This document shows positions 11,252-20,364 of a stretch of DNA of 64,000 nucleotides, one piece after another (positions within the stretch are counted from its first letter, which is position 1; each line of letters begins with the position of its first letter). A program made the position numbers and the translations under genes. The stretch spans positions 1,087 through 65,086 of the forward strand of contig CAVXVD010000073.1 of assembly GCA_963765015.1 (NCBI GenBank), written 5' to 3'. Below the pieces are notes generated by a model that worked only from the letters and a program-made list of their open reading frames with translations, was not told where the DNA came from and ran no database searches. This stretch comes from an uncultured Acidobacteriota bacterium. Its GTDB lineage: Bacteria; Acidobacteriota; Terriglobia; Terriglobales; Acidobacteriaceae.

Positions 11252-11712
11252 ATGAGCCTCACCGAACAGATCCAGAAAGACATCGTCACCGCCATGAAGG
11301 CTAAGGACGAAGGCCGTCTCTCCTGCCTGCGCATGGTGAAAAGCGCGCTGCAACTCAAGGCCGTCGAAAAAATGTCGCCGCTCGACGACAAGGAATCGCA
11401 GGCCGTGCTGGCCACGTTGATCAAGCAGCGCAAGGAATCCGTCGAGCAGTTCACCAAAGGCGGACGCCAGGAGATGGCCGACAAAGAAGCCGCCGAGATC
11501 GGCGTGATCGAAAGCTATCTGCCCAAAGCCGCCAGCGAGGCCGATATCGCCGCCGGAGTGAAGGCCGCCATCGCTGAAATGGGCGCGCCCACCATGAAAG
11601 AAATGGGCACGGTGATGAAAAACGCCATGGCACGATTCACACGCCGCCGGCATGCGCGTCGACGGCAAAGATGGTTAGCGAGATTGTGAAGCGGGAGTTG
11701 GCGGGAAAGTAG
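11252..11712 (+). pseudogene. GatB/YqeY domain-containing protein, two frameshifts near the 3' end
   Basis: MSLTEQIQKDIVTAMKAKD... is typical YqeY. The expected C-terminus ...ARFT-AAGMRVDGK-MVSEIVKRELAGK* is recovered only by skipping one base near 11642 and one near 11670. As given, ORF 11228..11689 ends in an Arg-rich nonsense tail. Confidence 0.8.
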
Positions 11713-11731
11713 CGTTCGGCAAGATCATGTA

Positions 11732-11771
11732 GGGACAGCTGCCCTCGGCTGTCCGGTCGAGCGCAGCTCGA
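11732..11771. repeat. GC-rich double-hairpin intergenic element between convergent genes
   Basis: TGTAGGGACAGC-N8-GCTGTCC followed by TCGAGC-GCA-GCTCGA. A degenerate copy of the first part lies at 13631..13661. It probably acts as a bidirectional terminator. Confidence 0.6.
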
Positions 11772-11787
11772 GCGCGGACACTCGCGT

Positions 11788-12671
11788 TCACTTTGATTGA
11801 GGCTGCCCGGAGAGGCGGGTTGCAAACTCGGGATTGTATTCCTTGATCGACTCCGCAAAATTGTCCATCATTTCGTTCCGGCTATCCTCCGGCCACAGAT
11901 TCAGATCAGCCAGGGCCTCGTCATATTGATGGCATAGGACCCGCTGCTGGGCCCGCGACAGCAGGGCGCTTACCGCATCATCGAGATCGAGGGGACGACC
12001 AGATCCAAACTGCTTTGCCGTCTGCAGCTTCTTGACGTTCTCCGGGGTGAGTGCACGCGTCCAGGCATCGTAGTCTGGATTTGCCGGGGTGAGGAGCTTG
12101 TCGCAGAACTCCGGCGTTATGTCAACCAGTTTGCCCGACTGAACACGAAGCGCTCGCTCCGCGAAAGGCCTGGCAGCCCCGGAAGTGTACTCGTACGTTC
12201 CGCCCACTCGATCCCAGATGGTGACCCTGCCATCCTTCTCTTTGACGAAATCAACCGCAGCGCCCTCGCCAACGTCGAACAGCTTGTGCGGTTTCGGAGC
12301 CAGCGAAACGACATTGTAAATCCAGCAGCAGTGAGCTCCTCCCGCTTCATCAGTTTTGAAAACGACTTCGCCCTTGCCATCGCCGTCGAAGTCCATCCCG
12401 GTGTGGTCCTCATCGAAGATCACACCGATCCAGTCGTCCGGAAGACAACTTTTCCCGCCGCGTTGTAAATTGCCGCGGTGCAATCGTCACCTCCGCCGCC
12501 AGAGGCATTCCTCGCAGGACCCAGGGAAATCTCATATCCATCCCATAACTTCTTCTTGAAGGATTCAGTTGTCTTTGGATAGGAGTAGCAGGCGATCTTG
12601 TTATCATCCTGTGCGCAGCTGAGGGCGACACAGGAAGCAAAGAACAGAAGGAACAGAAACATCCGCGACAT
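11788..12671 (-). pseudogene. Hypothetical secreted protein, frameshifted
   Basis: ORF 12420..12671 (signal peptide MSRMFLFLLFFASCVALSCAQ...AAIYNAAGKVV) continues into ORF 11788..12483 (LPDDWIGVIFDEDHTGMDFDGDGKGEVVF..., an FG-GAP/VCBS-like DxDGDG motif). The shift is near 12440-12455. Confidence 0.6.
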
Positions 12672-12708
12672 ATGCGGATCTTACGTCCATGACAGAATCC
12701 GGACAAAG

Positions 12709-13605
12709 TTACTTCCGGTCGCACTTCTCCCTCTGCCACTCCCGGTATGCGTGGCTCTTCGACACGCCCCGCTCCTTCGCGACTTTCTTCAGCGCGGCCT
12801 TTTCATCCACTTTTTCTTCCGCCATGATCTGCTGCACGCGCTGGCGCACGGTCGGCCGGGCAAGAGTACCCGTCCCCACACCCGCATCGTTCTCTTCCGC
12901 TTTCCCGATCAGCAGCGTGATCTCGCCCTTCACCGTCTCGCGTGATTTCAAATTCTCCAGCACTTCACGCGCGCGGCCGCGCAAGAACTCTTCGTGCAGC
13001 TTGGTCAATTCGCGCGCGACTACGACGTGCCGGGCTTCTCCTAAAACCTCGCAAACGTCTTCCAGCGTCTCAATAATCCGGTGCGGAGCGTCGTAAAACA
13101 CCTGCGTTCGCGGAGAGTTCTTCACCGCCTCCAGCACCGCCCGCCGCTCCCCACGCTTGGCCGGAAGGAATCCGCTGAAGCGAAACGAATCCGTGGGCAG
13201 TCCGCTCGCCACCAGCGCCGCCAGGAACGCCGACGCCCCCGGCACCGGCACGACCGGCACATGATGCCGAATCGCCAGCGCAATCAGCCGGTACCCCGGA
13301 TCGGAAATTCCTGGCATGCCCGCGTCGGTCACCAGGGCGACGCTCATGCCCTCCTGCATCTCCTTTACCAGTTCCGCCGACTTCGTCATCTCGTTGTGCT
13401 CGTGATAGCTGGTTGTCCGCGTTGCAATCGAATAATGATTAAGCAGCTTCTGCGTCTGCCGCGTGTCTTCGCATGCAATCACGTCCACTTCTTTCAAAAC
13501 ACGCAATGCTCGCAGGGTGATGTCCTCCAAATTCCCAATCGGCGTCGCCACCAGATAAAGCGCCGGCACCGCAGTTCGTACCCCGGATTCCGTCGCATTC
13601 GTCAT
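12709..13605 (-). CDS. rsmI: 16S rRNA (cytidine1402-2'-O)-methyltransferase
   Basis: LYLVATPIGNLEDITLRALRVL, VTDAGMPGISDPG, tetrapyrrole-methylase fold. Start at MTNATESG (ATG 13605). Confidence 0.92.
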   Translation of the reverse strand: MTNATESGVRTAVPALYLVATPIGNLEDITLRALRVLKEVDVIACEDTRQTQKLLNHYSIATRTTSYHEHNEMTKSAELVKEMQEGMSVALVTDAGMPGISDPGYRLIALAIRHHVPVVPVPGASAFLAALVASGLPTDSFRFSGFLPAKRGERRAVLEAVKNSPRTQVFYDAPHRIIETLEDVCEVLGEARHVVVARELTKLHEEFLRGRAREVLENLKSRETVKGEITLLIGKAEENDAGVGTGTLARPTVRQRVQQIMAEEKVDEKAALKKVAKERGVSKSHAYREWQREKCDRK

Positions 13606-13630
13606 GGCCGGAAGTCTACCACTGAGCGAA

Positions 13631-13661
13631 TGTAGAAAGAGCCGCCCTCGGTTGTCCGGTC
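13631..13661. repeat. Degenerate copy of the TGTAGGG...CCCTCGG.TGTCCGGTC element
   Basis: TGTAGAAAGAGCCGCCCTCGGTTGTCCGGTC versus TGTAGGGACAGCTGCCCTCGGCTGTCCGGTC at 11729..11759: 24 of 31 positions identical by hand count. Confidence 0.45.
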
Positions 13662-13746
13662 TACCCAAGTTTGACGGTTGTGCTTCAGCCGTAACCTACG
13701 CATGTCGTCGACAATTGTGTTAATGTAACGCCGTTTAGAGACGTCC

Positions 13747-14103
13747 ATGACCGCGAAGGACTTTCGCCAAATTGCTCTCTCGCTTCCCGAAACCGAGGAG
13801 CGGAAACACATGGACCATCCCGACTTTCGCGTCGTTGGAAAAATCTTTGCCACACTTGGTTATCCCGACAAGACGCGCGCTATGGTGAAGCTCTCTCCCG
13901 AAGACCAGCACAATTTTTCAAAAGACTATCCCGACGCATTCATCCCCGTAAAAGGCGCCTGGGGACGCCGCGGCGCCACCAGCGTTATCCTCAAAGCTGC
14001 CAAGAAAGAAATAATGCGCCAAGCAATCGAGGCGGCCTGGCGCAATACAGCACCGAAACGCGTTGTGAACCAATACGAATCGCGCGAGAATATGCAGGCA
14101 TAA
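13747..14103 (+). CDS. MmcQ/YjbR family DNA-binding protein
   Basis: 118 aa with a family-typical N-terminus (FRQIALSLPETEERKHMDHPDFRVVGKIFATL). Confidence 0.8.
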   Translation: MTAKDFRQIALSLPETEERKHMDHPDFRVVGKIFATLGYPDKTRAMVKLSPEDQHNFSKDYPDAFIPVKGAWGRRGATSVILKAAKKEIMRQAIEAAWRNTAPKRVVNQYESRENMQA

Positions 14104-14263
14104 GTACGGTGAGAGTTAGGCCCGAAAAAGTTCCCCAAGAAAGCGTGACGATGCGATGTCACAACTGTTCCACGGATATAGGGTGAATCCCTGATCTCGC
14201 CAGATCGGTAACTTGCACAATCGTAACCACCGCGGCAGCTCGCTTTTGCATCAAACTAGGCCT

Positions 14264-14833
14264 ATGGTGGTTGTCCCAAAACCCGCGCTGGCGGCCTTGT
14301 TCTGCTCGCTATTACTTTGCGTTTGCCCGGCGCAAACGACCACGCGACAAGCCGTGAATTCCTCTCAGTCGGCGAGCGCGAATCCGCCGCGACATGCCGA
14401 TGGACCTCTGACCGTAGATGACGGCCTCGGAGTGATCTCCGCAGCCCTCGATCCAAGAGTACGCCGCCACGCCGGACAGGATTGTTCCCATCTGGTCCAT
14501 GCAATTTATGAACGCGCAGGATTTTCGTATATGTACGCGACGTCCAACGACCTCTATGATGGCGTCGAACACTTTCAGCGCGTTGATTATCCTCAGGCCG
14601 GCGATCTGATCGTGTGGCGCGGGCACGCTGGAATTGTGGTGCGACCTTCGCGGCACATCTTCTTCAGCTTTAGGAGCGCTGGCCCCGGGATTGATGACTA
14701 CGAGTCGAAATATTGGAGGGGAAGGGGGCGCGCTCGCTTCTATCGATACGTAAAAACTGATCGATGCCCCGAATGCACCAAGGTCAGTAGAATGTTCGGC
14801 CGATCTCGCGACGGCCACGATCGAGAGAAATAG
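14264..14833 (+). CDS. NlpC/P60-like (C40) secreted peptidase/hydrolase
   Basis: Signal peptide from MVVVPKPALAALF. Putative catalytic Cys in DCSHLVHAIYERAGF and His in GDLIVWRGHAGIVV. Start uncertain (ORF opens at 14213). Confidence 0.62.
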   Translation: MVVVPKPALAALFCSLLLCVCPAQTTTRQAVNSSQSASANPPRHADGPLTVDDGLGVISAALDPRVRRHAGQDCSHLVHAIYERAGFSYMYATSNDLYDGVEHFQRVDYPQAGDLIVWRGHAGIVVRPSRHIFFSFRSAGPGIDDYESKYWRGRGRARFYRYVKTDRCPECTKVSRMFGRSRDGHDREK

Positions 14834-14868
14834 CGCAGCTGTCCGACGTCGCGTTGTCCAATCCCAAA

Positions 14869-14898
14869 TTGACGCAATGGCCGCTCCACCCCTAGAAT
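14869..14898 (+). promoter_or_regulatory. Candidate sigma70-type promoter of the zinc-ribbon gene
   Basis: TTGACG (14869-14874), 18-nt spacer, TAGAAT (14893-14898), about 40 nt upstream of ATG 14939. Confidence 0.5.
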
Positions 14899-14938
14899 CA
14901 AGATGAAAACGAGTTGTTCCTCACAACCGTCTTAACCC

Positions 14939-15298
14939 ATGCCCCTTTACGAATACGAATGCAAGAAATGCGGCCACCGCTTCGAAAAAATTCAGAAGTT
15001 CTCTGACAAGATGGTGAAGAAGTGCCCCGAATGCGGGGGGGCCGTCGAGCAAATGATCTCCGCTCCGGCCGTACAGTTCAAGGGCTCCGGCTGGTACGTC
15101 ACCGATTACGCCAAGAAAGGATCGTCCCAGGGATCCACCAGCAGCGGCGATTCAGGGTCCAAAGAGAAGAAAGACGACAAGCCGAAGTCAGAGGTCACGA
15201 AAGATTCTTCGTCCAAAGATAGCTCGGCAAAGGAGAGTTCCTCCAAGGACAGCACGAGCAAGGAAACTCCCCGCAAAGGTTCCGGCAGACACAAATGA
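14939..15298 (+). CDS. FmdB family zinc-ribbon protein with Ser/Lys-rich tail
   Basis: [16 protein letters not shown]...CPECGG is the CxxC-CxxC FmdB signature. The C-terminal half is low-complexity KDSSSK repeats. Confidence 0.85.
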   Translation: MPLYEYECKKCGHRFEKIQKFSDKMVKKCPECGGAVEQMISAPAVQFKGSGWYVTDYAKKGSSQGSTSSGDSGSKEKKDDKPKSEVTKDSSSKDSSAKESSSKDSTSKETPRKGSGRHK

Positions 15299-15299
15299 A

Positions 15300-15333
15300 G
15301 CGGCTCCGCAATTCGCGAAGCCGCCTTGTTCTT
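15300..15333 (+). terminator. Candidate terminator after the zinc-ribbon gene
   Basis: GCGGCT-N13-AGCCGC hairpin (the loop itself has CGC/GCG pairing) followed by the T-rich CTTGTTCTT. Confidence 0.45.
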
Positions 15334-15360
15334 GCTGAGAGCTGATGACTAGCCGCTGCT

Positions 15361-17598
15361 TTACTTTAATTCCTGTTCAAAATGATCTTCAATCATGGTG
15401 AACAGATGGACACGCGCATCTCTTCCCGCAATGCCATGCGTCTTGTTCGGATAGATCATCAGGCGGAACTGCTTCCCAGCCTTGATGAGTGCGTCAATCA
15501 TCTGAATGCTGTTCTGGAAATGCACGTTGTCATCGCTTGTGCCATGCACCAGCAGAAGCGACCCGTGCAGCTTGTCGGCTGATCTGGTTACGTCTGACAT
15601 CTCATATCCTGCCTTGTCGTCCTTGAGCAATCCCATGTACCGCTCGGTATAGATCGTGTCGTAATTTTCCTGATTGGTGACGGGAGCCACAGCCACTCCA
15701 GCCTTGAATCGGTCGGAATGCGTCATTGCGTACAGAGTCATCGATCCGCCATTGGACCAGCCCCAAATCGCGATCCGGTCATTGTCGAGTTGTGGATACT
15801 GCGCTAGCAGTTGGTCGAGAGCCGTGAGCTGATCTTTCAACTCGATTGCACCGAACTCATGCCGGATCGCCGTCTGGAACTTGCGATCCCGTCCTGGCGT
15901 GCCGCGATTATCCACCGCGAAGATCGCGAATCCCTTCCGCGCCAGAATTTCATCGAACGCGTCTGGCATCCCTTTCCTCACCATCTGTGCCGCTGGCCCT
16001 CCATAGATATTGATGATCAGTGGAATTTTTCCGCTGGCTGGCGCATCTGGAGGTAGCAACAGCCTCCCATACAGAACCGTCCCATCATCAGCCTTGAATT
16101 CTAGATACTTCGGTGCGCGCAGCCCGTAATCGGCAATCTCATCTCGCGCCTTCCACACCGGATTGCACGACCCTCCAACTGTACACAGTGAAATGCTGGG
16201 CGCAGTCTGCGGCCCAAAATACATATGCGTATAGTGCTTCGCGTCCCCGCTGAATGTCCCCAGGTGCATCCCTTCTTCTGGGGTCATCGCTTTGAGGTTC
16301 GAGCCATCCAGTTGTACCGAAAAAATGTGAGCTTGTCGCGGATCGTCTTTGTTCGCCGACAAATAGACCGTTCCTCCGGCCTCGTCTACACCGTCGATGC
16401 CCAATACTTCAAAATCTCCTTTAGTGAGCTGCCGCTCCAGCTTCGCATCCGCTGCCATCGGGCTCTGCTTGTCAAAGCTGTAGAGATAGAGGTGCATATT
16501 CCCGTCACGCCAGCTTGGCCATAGGAACTGGTTGCTCGATTTCAGGAAACGCACGTCGGCATGGTCGAACTCGATCCATGCCCCCGGTGTGGTCTCGGTC
16601 AACACGATCCGCGATTTCCCGGTTTTTGCATCCACGAAATAAAGGTCCATCTTGTCTTCCGTCCGGTTCAGTACTTCGGCCCAGATAACGCCCTCGCGCA
16701 CCCAGCCGAATCGGGGAACATACGTATCCTGGTCGCTCGTGAGAGAAATCCACCGGACTTTCCCCTTGCCCGCATCCACCACGCCCAGCTTTACAACCGG
16801 ATTCGAATCGCCCACCTTCGGATACTTCTCTTCATCAACGGTGGGATGCGTAGGCATCCAATCCGTAATGGGATATGTCGGCACCTTGCTCTCGTCCATG
16901 TGCAGGAACACGATCTCCTTGCTGTCGGGCGACCAGAAATAATTGCTGCGCACCGCCAGCTCTTCGGCGTAGACCCAGTCAATGTCGCCGTTAAAGAGAT
17001 TTTCGCCAGTGTCCTTGGTGAGCTGCTTCTCGTCTTTCCCGCTAACCGGATGCACGTACAGGTTGTGTTTGCGCACATACGCCAGCTGATTGCCGTCAGG
17101 CGAAAACTTGGGGTCGCCGCTCGGATCGGAAGCCGACGTAAACTGTACCGCCGTGTCGGTCCCCAAGTCATAAAGCCAGAGCTGTCCTTGCGAGTCGAAA
17201 ATCAAATGCTTCGAGTCCGGCGCCCACAGGTAAGCCGCCACGTGGTAGCGGGTCAGCCGCTCCTTTTCCCGCTCATTCTTTACTTTGTTCACATCCGGAT
17301 CGAGCGACGCTAGCTTCGCCGCGCTAACGAGCACCTTCTTCTCACCTGTGGCAGCGTCCACGTACCACAGTTCGCCCTTTTCTCCTTTTTCGTCACGCTG
17401 CACGAATGTTAATCGGGTTCCGTCCGGACTCCATTCCATCGTTTCCGGACCACGCCCCGCGAGCCCTCCCGGCTGAAACATCGTTTCAACGGTTAGCGGC
17501 TTGCTGGGCGGGGCTTGGGCACCCGCTTTCTCTGCAGAAAGAAGCCAAAGTAATACGAACAGGACGACGCAGGACAACAAGGAAATCTGTTTTTTCAC
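15361..17598 (-). CDS. S9 family peptidase, dipeptidyl-peptidase IV-like
   Basis: N-terminal beta-propeller region and a C-terminal alpha/beta hydrolase with nucleophile box IWGWSNGG. GTG start 17598 (VKKQISLLSCVV signal peptide) with GAGAGG upstream. The longer ORF to 17760 overlaps the divergent gene. Confidence 0.9.
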   Translation of the reverse strand: MKKQISLLSCVVLFVLLWLLSAEKAGAQAPPSKPLTVETMFQPGGLAGRGPETMEWSPDGTRLTFVQRDEKGEKGELWYVDAATGEKKVLVSAAKLASLDPDVNKVKNEREKERLTRYHVAAYLWAPDSKHLIFDSQGQLWLYDLGTDTAVQFTSASDPSGDPKFSPDGNQLAYVRKHNLYVHPVSGKDEKQLTKDTGENLFNGDIDWVYAEELAVRSNYFWSPDSKEIVFLHMDESKVPTYPITDWMPTHPTVDEEKYPKVGDSNPVVKLGVVDAGKGKVRWISLTSDQDTYVPRFGWVREGVIWAEVLNRTEDKMDLYFVDAKTGKSRIVLTETTPGAWIEFDHADVRFLKSSNQFLWPSWRDGNMHLYLYSFDKQSPMAADAKLERQLTKGDFEVLGIDGVDEAGGTVYLSANKDDPRQAHIFSVQLDGSNLKAMTPEEGMHLGTFSGDAKHYTHMYFGPQTAPSISLCTVGGSCNPVWKARDEIADYGLRAPKYLEFKADDGTVLYGRLLLPPDAPASGKIPLIINIYGGPAAQMVRKGMPDAFDEILARKGFAIFAVDNRGTPGRDRKFQTAIRHEFGAIELKDQLTALDQLLAQYPQLDNDRIAIWGWSNGGSMTLYAMTHSDRFKAGVAVAPVTNQENYDTIYTERYMGLLKDDKAGYEMSDVTRSADKLHGSLLLVHGTSDDNVHFQNSIQMIDALIKAGKQFRLMIYPNKTHGIAGRDARVHLFTMIEDHFEQELK

Positions 17599-17812
17599 GA
17601 AACGACCTCTCAGGCAAGAAGTTACAGCGGACCATTCGGGCGAACGAAAAGTGTACACCGCGCCAGCCCCCTCCGGCACCCATGGTAGATAAATCGCGCG
17701 TGCGATGAGGTACGGCTGGATCATCTGGCCCCTGCGCGGTTGCGGGTCTTGCGGCCGCATCCAACCCGCGCAAAATCAACCGTTCCCACGTGTTAGAATC
17801 AAAGGTACCCGG

Positions 17813-18940
17813 ATGCTCCCAGAAATAGAAAATCTCCTGAAACTGCAAGACACGGATAAGGAAATCCGTCGTCTGCAGGACGAAGTCGCCGAACTCCCCA
17901 AGCGCGTAGTCGCGATCGAACAAAAGCTAGCCGGCAACAAGGCGCAATTGGAGAAAGCTCAGGCCGCCGTCAAGGCCGACGAAGCCGCTCGCCGCAAGTA
18001 CGATACTGCCATCAACGACCTTCGCGGCAAGATCTCCAAGTATCGCGACCAGTCCCTTGACGTAAAAACCAACGAGCAGTATAAAGCCCTGCTCCACGAG
18101 ATCCAGTTCGCGGAGAAGGAAATTGCCGGCAATGAGGACAAGATCCTCGAACTAATGGTGAATGCCGACGCGCGTGACAAGGAAGTCAAAGCGGCCCAGG
18201 CCGCGCTCAAGGCCGAAACCGCTGAGGTCGAGAAAGAAAAGGAACAAGCCCGCCAGCGCACCGCCGAGGATGAGAAGCTTCTTTCTGAGTGGCGCGCGAA
18301 GCGCGATGGCCTCCGCACCGGCATCAGCGAGGACTTATTGCGGCATTTCGAGCGCGTCTCGAAGTTTCGCGGCAGCGGCATCGCGGAAGTTCGCGACCAG
18401 AAATGCATGGCGTGCCGGGTGATGCTCCGCCCGCAGACTTATAACGAGGTTCGTTCCGGAACGCAGGCCATCGTCTGTGATTCCTGCCAGCGCATCCTTT
18501 ACTTCAATCCGGCGGAGGAGTTGGTTGACCAAAAGCCGTCAACCACGCGCGCAAAACGCCATCATCCGAAAATTGACGCGCCCCAGGCGTGGTACTACCG
18601 CACCGAGTTTGGCGGAATTGGCGAAGTGTTCCTTTGTCTTACCACGGCTCGCGGGCAAGCCAGCCGGCGCGTCTACGACGTGCATACCGGACGTCTTATC
18701 GGCGATATCCTGATTCGCGAAGGCGATTATCGTCAGGCTTTTCCCGAGGATATTACCGGAGCTACTCGCCTGAACGGCAACTGGTCCGAAGACGAACTAG
18801 ATGCCTTCGGCAACGAGTTGCCCATGGTCATCCTGGATTCCCTGCGTGCAGACCTCGACTTGGCCCAGTACGAAGCAAGATCCGGCTCCCATGCCAAACA
18901 GGCTGTCCCAGCTACTCCCACCGAACACGCCGCCAGCTAA
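17813..18940 (+). CDS. Coiled-coil / C4 zinc-ribbon protein (DUF164, COG1579-like) with a long C-terminal extension
   Basis: About 190 aa of heptad-rich coiled coil, then CMACRVML...CDSCQRILY. Start at MLPEIENLL (ATG 17813). Residues after about 236 are an extra domain. Confidence 0.8.
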   Translation: MLPEIENLLKLQDTDKEIRRLQDEVAELPKRVVAIEQKLAGNKAQLEKAQAAVKADEAARRKYDTAINDLRGKISKYRDQSLDVKTNEQYKALLHEIQFAEKEIAGNEDKILELMVNADARDKEVKAAQAALKAETAEVEKEKEQARQRTAEDEKLLSEWRAKRDGLRTGISEDLLRHFERVSKFRGSGIAEVRDQKCMACRVMLRPQTYNEVRSGTQAIVCDSCQRILYFNPAEELVDQKPSTTRAKRHHPKIDAPQAWYYRTEFGGIGEVFLCLTTARGQASRRVYDVHTGRLIGDILIREGDYRQAFPEDITGATRLNGNWSEDELDAFGNELPMVILDSLRADLDLAQYEARSGSHAKQAVPATPTEHAAS

Positions 18941-19000
18941 TCGGCTTGTATAACGGCGGACGCACCCGTTCGCACTCGTCCCCAGGTATTACCATGTCCC

Positions 19001-20200
19001 ATGCCCCTGACCACGAATCTACCGAAGGTAAGAATCTCCCCGCGCGGCGCCAGTCGCCTCAAGTCAGGCCACGTCTGGGTCTATCGTTCTGACATCGTCT
19101 CCGCTGACGATATACAGCCCGGCTCAGTAGTCGCGGTCACCGACCATCGCGGCAAGTCCATGGGAACAGCTCTCTATTCGAGCTCTTCTCAAATCGCCAT
19201 TCGCATGATCTCCGCGAATCCGGTCAGCGATTTTCCGGCGCTCCTTCGCCAGCGAATCGCCGACGCCATTTCCTACCGCGATTCCATAGTCCACAACACC
19301 GAGGCCTATCGGCTGATCTTCAGCGAAGCCGATTTCCTCCCGGGACTCATCGTCGATCGCTACCGCGACATTCTTTCCCTCCAAATCGTCACGCAAGCCA
19401 TGGATGCCGATTCCGTCCGCCAGACAGTTCTCGAAGCACTCACCGACCGCCTCCACCCCACCGCGATCGTCGAGCGCGTCGACTCGCGGGTTCGCGAACT
19501 CGAAAACCTCCCACCTCGCGCTTCCGGCGTGCTGCAAGGGGAGAAGACGTCCACCACGTTTGCGATGAACCAGGTTAAGTTCCAATTCGAGGCCCTCGAG
19601 GGCCAGAAAACCGGAGCCTTCCTCGATCAGCGCGAAAACTACGCTGCCGCCGCCCAGTACGCCCACGGCGAGGCCCTCGACGTCTTCTGCTATCAAGGAG
19701 GCTTCGCCTTACACCTCGCTCCCGTCTGCGATCAAGTGACTGGCGTCGACAGCTCCCGTCCCGCCCTGGAGATCGCTGATCAGAATGCCGCCTTAAACGC
19801 GGCCCTCCTCGGTTCTAAAGAAATTGAGTGGATTGAGGCCAACGCCTTCGACCTGCTCAAGGACTATGCCTCCTCCAACCGCCGCTACGACACGATCGTC
19901 CTCGACCCGCCGGCGTTCGCCAAGACGAAACGCGATCTGGACGCCGCCCTGCGGGGATACAAAGAACTCAACCTCCGTGCCCTCAAGATGCTGAAGCCCG
20001 GGGGGTTGTTAATCACTTGCTCCTGTTCGTATCACGTCACTCAGCCCAATTTCCTTGACATGCTGGCCAGCGCTGCCCTTGATGCCCACCGGAACCTGCG
20101 TTTGGTCGAAGTCCGAGGCCAAGCCAAAGACCATCCAATACTTATAAATATTCCAGAAACCGCCTACTTGAAGTGCGTTATAGCGTCGATAAGCTTATGA
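19001..20200 (+). CDS. Class I SAM-dependent rRNA methyltransferase (RlmI/RlmK-like, PUA + MTase)
   Basis: 399 aa with an N-terminal PUA-like part (GHVWVYRSDI). MTase motifs DVFCYQGGFALH and IVLDPPAFAK. Confidence 0.85.
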   Translation: MPLTTNLPKVRISPRGASRLKSGHVWVYRSDIVSADDIQPGSVVAVTDHRGKSMGTALYSSSSQIAIRMISANPVSDFPALLRQRIADAISYRDSIVHNTEAYRLIFSEADFLPGLIVDRYRDILSLQIVTQAMDADSVRQTVLEALTDRLHPTAIVERVDSRVRELENLPPRASGVLQGEKTSTTFAMNQVKFQFEALEGQKTGAFLDQRENYAAAAQYAHGEALDVFCYQGGFALHLAPVCDQVTGVDSSRPALEIADQNAALNAALLGSKEIEWIEANAFDLLKDYASSNRRYDTIVLDPPAFAKTKRDLDAALRGYKELNLRALKMLKPGGLLITCSCSYHVTQPNFLDMLASAALDAHRNLRLVEVRGQAKDHPILINIPETAYLKCVIASISL

Positions 20201-20220
20201 AAACAAGCAACATGATGTAG

Positions 20221-20249
20221 TTGACAATAGTACACTCATGTTTTATGCT
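20221..20249 (+). promoter_or_regulatory. Near-consensus sigma70-type promoter upstream of hsp20
   Basis: TTGACA (20221-20226), 17-nt spacer, TATGCT (20244-20249). An inverted repeat AACATGA (20209-15) / TCATGTT (20236-42) brackets the -35. Confidence 0.6.
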
Positions 20250-20364
20250 TCGTTTGTGCTTACCAAGCATCTAAGGAAGTGACCGCAGCCCTGAGTCAGT
20301 TCCCAGAGCCGGTTACGAGTTTCTGAAACAAATCGGATCACAATTTCCGAAGGAGGATTTAACC

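Noticed and set aside
2490-12460. The frameshifts considered as programmed ribosomal frameshifting or transcriptional slippage sites.
   Set aside because: There are too many, in unrelated genes. No shared slippery heptamer or stimulatory structure is present. Both +1 and -1 directions occur, and some come in pairs 30-50 nt apart. Sequence error or decay is far more parsimonious.
20256-20364. hsp20 5' UTR examined for a ROSE or fourU RNA thermometer masking the GGAGG.
   Set aside because: Only a 4-bp UUCC/GGAG pairing with a 3-nt loop could be drawn. No U(U/C)GCU or UUUU anti-SD stem of convincing length was found.
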